The notes under the pieces were generated by a model. It saw nothing but the letters and a program-made list of their open reading frames with translations. It made no database searches and had not been told where the DNA came from. A stretch of DNA of 64,000 bases, taken from contig NW_019091355.1 of NCBI RefSeq assembly GCF_001949145.1, forward strand, positions 5,791,068 through 5,855,067, written 5' to 3'. Shown here in pieces: positions 27,101 through 36,300 of the stretch (the stretch's first letter is position 1; every line of letters begins with the position of its first letter). Origin of the DNA: Acanthaster planci. Taxonomy: Eukaryota. The position numbers and the translations under genes are program-made.

Positions 27101-29383
27101 TGCAATGACGGACTCAAGTACAGCTCTTTCGGTAAGAAGGACTTGAAAAACCATGCCAAGTTAAAGAAACATGGCGAAATATGCAAGGTAAGGAACAACA
27201 CACCTACCATTCCAGCCGTTTTTGCAACCAGCCGCGCCGTAGTTGACTGTGTAGATGACCCAACAGCTGCTGGTCATGTCCCAAGTAGGACCAATGACAG
27301 GCCCTTGCCTTCTGCTAGCCTTTAGTCACATTAATTAGGTTTCAAAGTGGCACAGTTTCCTTATGTTTGGTGTATTTTCTGACCCTGTCTACAGAGATGC
27401 TAACTTCTTCAATTTAGGCCTACAAATCTCACCTTAATCTCTTGCTGTAAACAGGAGAAAATGTCAGGAAAATGTGCCAGAAAATGCCTCAGATTGCACC
27501 ACGGAGCATCTACAACCCCAAATTTCCCGGGGCCCTTAAGCAGGCCCCAGACCCCACGCCCTAGGGGCTTTGGGCTTCACGCTTCGTGCTCACATTATTA
27601 CAACCACCATTATATTTCATGGTTTTTAGGATTTCAGGATATTTGGGAAATTTTGAGTTTCGTCACTGTAATTTGAGCAAAGCTTTCTTACATTACATTT
27701 TGTCTTCTGCCTGTACCTTTGATTTATGTATTTCATATGGGCATGGTAATCCAGTTGATCATAAGTCAGTCACAAGTTAGTCTCAAGTCACTCGCAAGTC
27801 AATCACTAATCCTAAGTCAATCACAAGTCTGCTACATGTCAATTACAAGCCAATCAGAAGTCAATCAGAAGCCAGTCACAATAAGTCCCAATCAGTTGCA
27901 AGTCAATCACAATTCAATCTCAAGTCAATGACAAGGCAATCACAATTTGGTCACAAGTCAGTTAGAAGCCAGTCACCAGTCAATCACAGTCAGTCACAAG
28001 TCAATCACTAATCAATCTCAAGTCATCACAAATCGGTCAAAAGTCAATCAGAAGCCCATCACAAGTCATTCTAAAGCTAGTCACAATGCAATCACAGTGA
28101 GCCACTAGTCACAAGTCAAACCATGTGTAAGGTCACATGAAACAAGGACAAATGCTGTTAAGGACAAGTGCTATTAAAGAAAGATGCTTCACATTGTCAT
28201 AAGATGCTTGCTTGAGAACCAGTCACAACAGCCAATAAAGTATATACATTTTGTTTGAACTTTTTCCCGAGTCTATGCTTTCTCTCCATCTGAAGTTTCA
28301 TCTCAAACTCCACACTCAGTTTTAGACATTTGCCGTTAGAATCAAATGCAGATGCATGGACTCCACACCTGGTTCACACAGGTGTTTTTGTCAGAGAAGA
28401 TGGCACTGGCTGATGATGGAGGGTTCAACTAAGGGAACTAAATTTACAGAACTAAAGCCTGAAGTTGAAAATCATGATGGAGCTGTGAATTTAGGAGATC
28501 ACCTGTATCAATGAGCACAAATGACCATACAGTGCCCTCAGTACATCTTGTATAAAGCCATGGTGCTTATTTGTCTCATTTATGACTTTTATAGGAGGAT
28601 TGTGAGTGGACAATACTAGCTCCAGAAGGCTACTCTGTTAGGCTCATGTTCCGCTCATTTGATATTGAGCATGAGACAGAATGTGACTATGACTCACTGG
28701 AAGTATTGAATGGTGACTCCTATGATGCCGAGAGAGTAGGCCGCTTCTGTGGACACAAAGTAAGTCCCGACTTGTCTAACAAGATATGATGTAACTAATT
28801 ATGTGGCTATTTTAGGGAGGGTTAGCTATGATTAAATCATATATTGTGATCTTTAAAGCCCATCATTGCTCTGTTACAAGAAGATTGGTACCATAAAAAT
28901 CACTGTGTATTTCAGTTAGGGTAGTAAAATTTGTATTCATCCACCAGGTAGTTCAAAAAAAAAGGTTCCCAGTTCCAGTAAAATGTGATGAATGCGTTTT
29001 TAAAAACCTGATAGCAGTATTGATTTAGTGATTGTGTTGTGGTTGTCACAAAATCATAAATAGAAAGCATTGTCCAACCAGCAGATGTCCTCACAATTGC
29101 TTGAAAGGTTGTGCAGGTTAGCCATGTTTAGCGAAGTCAACTGTGCAGCAAAATAGATTGTATGCATTTTACACAAGGCATACATTTCTGCCAAATCAGC
29201 GTCCATTCTGTCTATTCATACCCGTTTCATTTCACAAGCGCTTGAGAAATCATCCTTTCTGTGGTCTTGCCCAACTAGATTCCCGATGACATCATATCCG
29301 AGGGGGAGACCCTTCGTCTCATCTTCAAGTCAGATGACACCATCAGCAAGAAAGGTTTCTATGCTGAATACCAAATCAGCTAA
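64..29383 (+). CDS. BMP1: BMP1/tolloid-like metalloprotease, 5'-partial spliced gene (16 exons in window)
   Basis: join(64-187,2306-2484,12732-12971,15051-15269,17315-17437,18782-18927,20027-20222,21553-21675,22704-22864,23019-23199,23925-24050,24670-24797,25488-25701,26187-26272,28595-28759,29279-29383). All introns GT-AG and phase-consistent. Astacin Zn motif [13 protein letters not shown] and Met-turn SIMHY, then CUB-CUB-EGF-CUB-EGF-CUB-CUB, stop TAA at 29381. BMP1 vs TLL orthology cannot be resolved here. Confidence 0.96.
2306..2484 (+). CDS. BMP1: tolloid exon: zinc-binding [19 protein letters not shown]
   Basis: polypyrimidine cag acceptor, G|gtgtga donor; astacin HExxHxxGxxH. Confidence 0.96.
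2624..2965. mobile_element. degenerate hAT-like MITE
   Basis: starts CAGGGTTCCC, ends GGGTCTCCTG; repeated TCATGGAAA subterminal motifs; no clean TSD. Confidence 0.5.
7599..7903. mobile_element. piggyBac-like MITE
   Basis: TTAA|CCCTAACC...GGTAAGGG|TTAA; inverted subterminal TACTACAAA(A/T)TACTA. Confidence 0.7.
12732..12971 (+). CDS. BMP1: tolloid exon: astacin C-terminal half (SIMHY Met-turn)
   Basis: GQEYNF...[17 protein letters not shown]...[23 protein letters not shown]|gtatgt donor. Confidence 0.95.
13910..14325. mobile_element. piggyBac-like non-autonomous element
   Basis: TTAA|CCCCTTCGCGTCGGGA...TCCCGTCGACAAGGGG|TTAA; imperfect 16-bp TIR; CpG-rich relative to flanks. Confidence 0.8.
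14944..15005. repeat. perfect 29-bp tandem duplication
   Basis: CTTCAAGGCCTCTGTTACCAATATTTCAC x2. Confidence 0.9.
15051..15269 (+). CDS. BMP1: tolloid exon: CUB1 first part
   Basis: [19 protein letters not shown]...[11 protein letters not shown]...[11 protein letters not shown]; acceptor aaaaaaag|, donor G|gtagga. Confidence 0.92.
16849..17099. mobile_element. MITE-like element with ~40-bp terminal inverted repeats
   Basis: TAACACCTCA..CACA..TGCCTCT..GATTGG at left; reverse complement CCAATC.AGAGGCA..TGTG..TGAGGTGTTA at right. Confidence 0.6.
17315..17437 (+). CDS. BMP1: tolloid exon: CUB1 second part
   Basis: [26 protein letters not shown]...GFTAHYE. Confidence 0.93.
18782..18927 (+). CDS. 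BMP1: tolloid exon: CUB2 first part
   Basis: [31 protein letters not shown]...FQSFE. Confidence 0.94.
20027..20222 (+). CDS. BMP1: tolloid exon: CUB2 second part
   Basis: [17 protein letters not shown]...KFCG...[16 protein letters not shown]. Confidence 0.95.
21553..21675 (+). CDS. BMP1: tolloid exon: Ca-binding EGF1
   Basis: [41 protein letters not shown]; phase 1-1. Confidence 0.95.
21727..21889. repeat. degenerate (TGGC/TGGT)n simple repeat
   Basis: runs of ttggctggttggc. Confidence 0.7.
21898..22281. mobile_element. PIF/Harbinger-like MITE
   Basis: TIRs AGGCTTTTTCACACTA / TAGTGTGAAAAGGCCT in TA/TWA context; internal repeated CAACC/GGTTG motifs. Confidence 0.75.
22704..22864 (+). CDS. 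BMP1: tolloid exon: CUB3 first part
   Basis: [20 protein letters not shown]...FELEGND|gtaagt. Confidence 0.95.
23019..23199 (+). CDS. BMP1: tolloid exon: CUB3 second part
   Basis: [12 protein letters not shown]...HGKFCG...[16 protein letters not shown]. Confidence 0.95.
23925..24050 (+). CDS. BMP1: tolloid exon: Ca-binding EGF2
   Basis: [42 protein letters not shown]; phase 1-1. Confidence 0.95.
24670..24797 (+). CDS. BMP1: tolloid exon: CUB4 first part
   Basis: [43 protein letters not shown]|gtgagt. Confidence 0.94.
25488..25701 (+). CDS. BMP1: tolloid exon: CUB4 second part
   Basis: [17 protein letters not shown]...GRFCG...[16 protein letters not shown]. Confidence 0.95.
26187..26272 (+). 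CDS. BMP1: tolloid exon: CUB5 start
   Basis: [29 protein letters not shown] (cf. LYSHAQFGDNNY in the BMP1 family). Confidence 0.92.
26538..27668 (+). mobile_element. internally deleted hAT transposon with frameshifted BED-zinc-finger transposase remnant
   Basis: TIRs CAGTGATGAAACT / AGTTTCGTCACTG; from 26943 MYKVVDW...KWLEEKD../..[31 protein letters not shown] (CxxC..HxxxxxH); TSD eroded. Confidence 0.75.
27762..28120. repeat. degenerate ~11-bp minisatellite (AGTCAATCACA-like)
   Basis: many imperfect copies of caagtcaatca. Confidence 0.75.
28595..28759 (+). CDS. BMP1: tolloid exon: CUB5 middle
   Basis: [37 protein letters not shown]...GRFCGHK|gtaagt. Confidence 0.94.
29279..29383 (+). CDS. 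BMP1: tolloid terminal coding exon (CUB5 end + stop)
   Basis: [34 protein letters not shown]. Confidence 0.94.
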   Translation: MPDDIISEGETLRLIFKSDDTISKKGFYAEYQIS

Positions 29384-32090
29384 AATTTGGTCCAAGTTTT
29401 ACAGTAACCAGGTCGGGCACAAGCTTTAGACGTGGTGGTGTCAAAGATTGTCTTTTTTTTCTTAATTTGTTTCAAATTAATCAAGTTTTTCCAAGCCAGT
29501 GCTTGTGGAATAATACGAAGTGAGATGGGCATTCAGCTATGATGTTAGATTCATGACTAATTCAATTCAAAGCCAACGTAGCTGGCAGTAAACAAATGAG
29601 ACTTCAGTCTGAAAGAACAGGTCCATTTAAAGTACATGTGTGAATGTTGCTTTAAAGAGATACATTTTCCAATAGGTATTTGGATTTTTGGATGTACCAT
29701 TTGTACTAAGGTTATGCACTCTGTTGTGCATTAAATACTTATGCATTCAATACATTTAACATTGTGAATTTATCATCATTTTAATATTTTTCAAGTGAAC
29801 TACAAACAGTATTATCATATGCACAAGTGATGTCTCTCCACGGAAGGGGTGAATTGCTTGAAACAAGCATTTGGAAGGAAATGTCCCTGATGTAGTGAAA
29901 CAGTCTATTCAGGGGAATAAGAATTGGAAGATGAATGAAGGATTCACAAGAATTCTGTAAATGATAGAATGTCGTTGAATTCATTAGTGGGGTGGTTTTT
30001 CCATAGAACTTTCAATATGTGGTTTGCCCTTGCATCAGATTTGCACAATTCATATTGTTCATTTCACCGTTGTAATCCAGTCATTTACAAATCAGCCGCA
30101 ATATGAAAAATGTTTACAGAGAAACACTTTTTGTGTGGCATAACACTCTCCCTCAACATTTGAAAGTATCTTTTGATGTCAAGTGTGTTTAAAAGTGTTT
30201 GTAATTGAAAATTGTTTGTAAACATTAAAAATTTGCCATGCTTTTGTGGCCAACAGAGGGCACTGCTGTGATGTCGGTCCTGGAAGGCACTGCTTAATTT
30301 ACAGGTTCTTCTGCTCCAATTGTGTATTCAAAATTTGTTCATTGAAAACAATTTTGAGATAGGGTTGCTTATTGGCTTTTTGATATGAACTTACAAATTG
30401 AAATTTAGAACAACAATATCAAACGGTGGAGCAGGTTTTGGTGCACAATTCACAGAAATTTGCATAGTATAAAAATCAAAGAGGCACAAACAAAAACTTT
30501 AAAAGGAGCACAAAACAGCTTGAAAGTTAAGAGAGTTTAAACACAAAGGGCATTGTATGGACCCTTTAAATCACAAATTAACACACAAGTCGGGTCACAA
30601 GTATCAGGATATCAGTAATATTACAGGTCTGGAAGGAATGCTTCTGTCATAATTCCTTTAAAAAGTTTTTGATTTTAGACAGAATGGTTGAATGATGACT
30701 GCATAAAATTATGTACAACTGTGATTCATGTTCTGTGCAGTCTGTTCAGAAAAAAAATTGCTGTGCTTTATGTAATAAATATCAAACAGAGTTAAAACTA
30801 GACTGCAAGGAAAAGAACTAGAAGTTGTGAGATTCAATTGATTGAGACTATTTTAAATAGTCAGTCGCTAAAATTTGATATAGATTTTACTCTTTTGAGC
30901 AAATTTCCTCCCCTTTCAGTGGTGTATGGGGGGTTGGCTGTTAGCATTGAAAGTATTGAACCATCTCCAGAGAACAGCAACATTGATAAAGTATGATCCA
31001 AGGGTTCTGAAAGGCAACGCAGATCAGTGTAACTCGGTCTTGAAAGATTCCTTAAAAATTGGGCATTTATTAGCACGTCCCAATACATGTTTACTCATGA
31101 AGTTATTACCATGCTTTCATCATGTGTATACTATTTCACTATTGGTAATACTTATATTTTTTATCAATTTTTATCTTTTACAGTATTTGTCCGATCATGT
31201 GTTCCATGTATATGTATTATTTACCACAAACATTGTTTTATTGAAAGGTTATCTAAACACCTTTGAATATTACAACAGGACATTGAACTATGCAAAAATC
31301 TGGACAAAGCAAGACATCAGGTTGCAGAACTGTCCTCGTAGTTTTATTAAGTGACTGTCAAATTTCATGTTAATCCTTTTCTTACATGTATTTGTAGCTT
31401 TTAGTGTGTAGTGCTAGCTCAAGAGTAGAGAAGTGCATCATAGCTTCCACGAAGACCTCTTAACAGATTTTAGTGTTTTGTTGAAGATGCGTAAAAGTGG
31501 TCCTTTACGAATGAATTAGACATTTTTTCCTGCTATTCTAACTCATGTACAACTTTGTGGCAAAAGTTCATGTAGAATTGTTTGTTAGAAATTAAACACC
31601 AGAATGTGTAAGTGAACTAAGCAGGACAGGCAGCTTACTGAAAGTAGTACATGAGTTAGACTTCTGCTTTAGATCGTCAGTTTTAAGGAACTTTCTTGAA
31701 AACTCTTTGAGACTTCATAGAGAAAACTTCAACCATTAAATTCAGATTATACATACATCTGACATGAAGTTCCACCTTTTTAAACATGATTTTGTCTGTG
31801 TCCAGAACTTTCAAAGCTGCTATTCCTACTCCTTGTCGTAGTAGCCCCCGCCCCTGTTACACCCTTATCTGATTACCAAAATAGGAACTCATTACTGTGG
31901 TAGATGCACATGTTAAATGCATGTACCTCTTCATCCAATTGGATGCTGTGACTTGTTAAAAGGCCTTTGTCTATTGGAGTTCAGAATGTGTAGAGTGCCA
32001 CTGTGCTAATGACTTCTGCTTTTTAGGTCTCTAGTGAACCTAAATAATATTTAACTTCATTCAAGACCTAAAGTCTCTTAAATTCCTTTC

Positions 32091-32139
32091 ATTAAACAAG
32101 ACACAAATTGTTCTTTTCAAACCTTTGTACAGTTTTATT
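32091..32139. terminator. facing polyadenylation signals of convergent tolloid (+) and UPA-DD (-) genes
   Basis: ATTAAA (+) at 32091 and AATAAA (-) at 32139-32134. Alternatives: AATAAA (+) at 30774 and AATAAA (-) at 32925-32920. Confidence 0.4.
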
Positions 32140-33017
32140 GCAAAAGTGTTCACATGATCTTCAAAACGTCTGGAGGAGTGCGCATCAGTTTTACACACTT
32201 CAGCAGCAAAGTTAGATTCCATCTCACAAACTCGTCATTTAGAAAGGACTTGTGTGAAAGTTAAAGCACAGTTATATATTGGGCTGATCAGTACAGTTTT
32301 TAAAAGAAACAGTTAAATTCTACTTTTTCCACAAGGTAAGAAAGTTTTGTCAACCCCTGAAAAACTAGAAAAAAATTGCACGTATGTTAACTTTTCACCA
32401 ATCCTATGCTCAATTAATGGTTCATATCTAAAGTAAATTTGGGTAATGATTGTCAGGAATATTTTGTAATGACTGTCAGAATTGTTCATGAAAAATGAAA
32501 ACACTTCCACTAGGAAATAAATTTACAAATGCTAAGTGGTGAACAGGGTGCAGTCACACTGCAAATCTTGTCACATCAAAGCAAAACTTGGCTGTCCAAC
32601 ATCTGGAGAGTGTTCCATTCAGGTATTGCTACCAGTATTGGAGAGTGATTTCTCACTGGACAGGCACAATCAAATTGTGATTACTGGCCACATTGACCTG
32701 GAAACATCTTGCCATTGTTCCCAGGAGTCACTGCATAGGTCAGTGTCATTTATAAGCACCACGATGTTCAGGAAACAGTCAAATTACTTGTTTTTCATTG
32801 CCTAAGTTTTAAAACCAGCTGGGCCTTATTTCTTTTGAAGCAATACTGTGCTGTTTTCCCTCTTTCAATATGCTCATGAAATGTTGATGTAGGGCTGTAC
32901 TTTTCTGAAATACTGTAAGTTTATTAACAGTGACGCATTCCATGCCTGCCACTGTTTGATATCAACAAAGGGTGCCTGTATTTGTATTCCAAGAGTACAG
33001 TGCCATAATCCAGTATG

Positions 33018-33349
33018 CTAGACGTCCTCCAGCCGCAGTGTCGTGCAGTAATACTGTGACCTGGACACGTCCAGCAGCATGAGGGCAGCCTTCTCAAACC
33101 CGCACGTAACCAGCCGGTTAACCAGTGCCCCTGCCGTCTTGAACACGCCTCGGTCACGGCATGTTGCAAGGGCACGGGCCATCTGGTCGCAGGGGTCCCG
33201 CTGCTGTCGCTTAATCAGGTCTACTGTGCGCCTGTCTAAGCCCTCTGTGATGTTAGATGGGATGTTCTGCACCACCGAGGGCCACTCGTGGGCCCGGCTG
33301 ACATGGATCCAGCTGGTCACGTATCGGAGGCAAAAATCGCACATTGCAC
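33018..33349 (-). CDS. terminal exon: divergent death-fold-like domain 5 + stop
   Basis: ctgcag| acceptor; LRYVTSWI...EWPSVV...GLDRRTVDLIKRQQRDPCDQMARALATCR...TAGALVNRLVTCGFEKAA...RLEDV*. Confidence 0.8.
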
Positions 33350-36300
33350 CTGCAGAAAATTTGGTAATAGATTACCTAATAGATTATGTATATAGAAATC
33401 GTGGCATTTGGGATGGTAAACAGTTTTCTTTAAATAAGCAAAACCAACAGAATAACTGCAGTTTCTGTATACAGACTGTACTTTGGGAAAGGGCTCATTT
33501 TTGGGTAGGGAAGCTCAACTGGAATGAGTAATTTTCTTGACTTAAAAACTTCAAATTCTGACATGGAGGAACAGGGTACATTGGGGGCAGACTAGCCCAA
33601 TCTCCTACAGTCAGTTAAAACATAAAATAAAAAAAACATCTTTATCAATAGCCTGTCAACAAAAAAGTCACCAGTTAACATTTACTGAACCTAAGTTGCA
33701 CAGCCCCTGGTACCCATGTGCTCATTCGCAGAGATGTAAATGTTATCATGTGTCCTGCTCAGAGACACAAGAAATGTGCTCCAGGTGAATGTAATCAAGA
33801 GGGGAATATTTCCATCAAGTGTCCTGCTCAGAGACACAAGAAATGTGCCCCAGGTGAATGTAATCAAGACGGGAACTATTTCCATCAAGTGTCCTGCTCA
33901 GAGACACAAGAAATGTGCCCCAGGTGAATGTAAGGAAGAGTGGAATTATTTCTTCCAAAACCCAACCAAAATTAACATACATGTATATGCCTTTGTACCA
34001 GTGCACTATTAGACACAATAAAGCAGTGTCTTCCTTAGCGACACAAGAATTTTTCTCAAGTGAGTAATGGAGTTATATTTAGCAAAGCAAAACAATCACA
34101 CTACTACGTCTACACTGATCATCTTGAATTTCACACGTTAATGTTGGAAAATAAACTTTACACATTTTAAATGAATTTTAGATATCAAAGGGCGCTCTGA
34201 AAATTATTAATTGCGATTTAGATACTGTAAGTATTATCAACAAACCTGTAGAAATGTCTACAGATCCCATCTTATCCACATCCAGCCCGACTGCGCCCAA
34301 TCCGACGCTTTCAAGTGCTTTCAGGAGCTCGGTGTGTGAGGCATATTTCCCCCTCGTCTCTTTCCAGCGCACAAGCAGTCTGTAGCCCAATTCGGCTATG
34401 AAGTCGCCGTCGTATTGTATCATCATGGGTTTGGTGTCGACTCTGAGCTTATCGGCCAGTGGTTGCATCATGTCGTTCTCGATCTGCGAGGCAGCAAACT
34501 TCAGACCTGACGACGAAGAGGAATACGGCTGTATCTTACTTTTCTCAGTCCTCCCTGTCTTTTAAAGCCCAATGACACTCACAAGCCTATTGCCAATGTC
34601 TTGTAAATTTTCACACCCACAAAATTGGACTAGTTTGGCGTGAAGTTTGAGGTGTTGAGAATACGTAGGCCTACAGCCTTTATCTTGAGTATAGGCCCTG
34701 GAAATTCTTGATGTCAGCTGACGTTTTACAGAGTGCCATCAAGCTTTAGTTTGGTTTACCCCCCTCCCTTTGTTCTCAAACAATTATTCCAAGATACTCT
34801 GTTGAAAAGAGCACACAAATCTCACGTTTATCCTTTACGAGTTCTTCATCCAAGATGTCGGCGTTCAGTCTCAGTCCAACCTCCTCCATCTTGTACATGA
34901 GGTCCTCAAACCGCGCTCCCTCCCCCTTCCCGTCACTGTCCCTCCAAGCCACTAGAGAGTTCAATAGGAACAGCTTCTTGTTGAAGTCCTGTCCGTGTTC
35001 TCTTGTGAAGCCGTCGATTTGTTCCTCCGTCAAGCCCAGCCGACGCACCAGGCGGTAAATGGTTTCGCGGCTGGCGTCTTTGGAGATGATGCGAAGTAGA
35101 ACAACTGTGAGGAAAAGGATTTAAATCTGATATTTTGAGGCTTCTAGTTTTTGATAAAACTATTAGGGACATTTTTTGTACCTGAGGCTAGAATAGTTTA
35201 ATTTCATTTCTAATTATTTTCCTTGAACCTAGCTATCCTTACAGAGAATTGGCTAAATCAAGCTTTGGTAAACTAAAGGTGTGATTTCGGGCTAGGCTAT
35301 ATTCAAACGTTTTGAGAGGTTGTTGTACAATTTGGCAAATGGTATTTTGAAGTTTGTTAAACTTTTGAGTTCACACGCATGGAGCAAGAAATTCCTGTAT
35401 AATGCAAATGAATTTACCATCACGTGCATCCACTGAGCTAATAATCGTGCATCTGTCAGCAGCTAATTCCATGCCACACTTGCGCATTGCTTGCAACAAC
35501 TTAGTATGAGACGCCCTCTTGTTGAGCGTCTCGAATGAGTCTTCCCGCCATCTGTACAAGATCTGAAATTTGTGGTCGTTGAGCTCGTCCACATAGTTCT
35601 GCCGAGATTCTTCAAGATCGACTTTGAGAGTGTCAGCTAGGGGTTGGAGATCACCAGGAAGGCCCTTAGCAATGGATCTCAAGCCTAAATTAAAAGAAAA
35701 ATATAAAATATTCAGTTAATTCACTGTCATGGAAGTCGTTATTATCATACTTGCTCTAAACCGAAACGGAACCATGGGTAATTCATTGAAACCTACGTTC
35801 ATTGGTCAGCAAGTTTCTATTGAGGTTGATGGCAGCAGATGTCATCTTGACAGCCCTGAATGCTTCAATCAGCTTGGTAAACGTAGCCTCCTCCGCACTC
35901 GTCAGCATCCACTTCTCTAAGACGGCGTACCGCTGCTCATCAAAGTCACGATGATGCGGGAGGAGACTAAGGTTGAGGATCTCCACCTCTGACAAACCAA
36001 AGAGATGCATTGCGAGGGGAACCACGTAGTCCTTGGGGATATCCTTTGAAATGGTTCGAAGGACTACGTCTAGAAGAGTCAGAAAGATCCGAAAATATGG
36101 GAGTCGTAAATTCCATGCTTTGAAATAAAAGCAACTTTTATAAACTGTGTCATACTCGTGAACGAAAGCAAGACAGTTTCCGACAAAGATTCAATCGAAT
36201 GTAAAAGCAAGTCACCTTTGACGACTTCCTCGTCGGTGAAACTTTCTTGGATCTCTGGAGGAGCGGGATCCTCTCTTTCCTGAAAGATACGATTTTAAAT

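Noticed and set aside
33079..33531. 150-aa plus-strand ORF (also 44336-44584, 61274-61735)
   Set aside because: Antisense shadows of real GC-rich coding exons.
33691..34018. ORFs with repeated CPAQRHKKCAPGEC, and possible CRISPR-like periodicity
   Set aside because: Translation of an intronic 69-70-bp minisatellite; copies are contiguous with no unique spacers.
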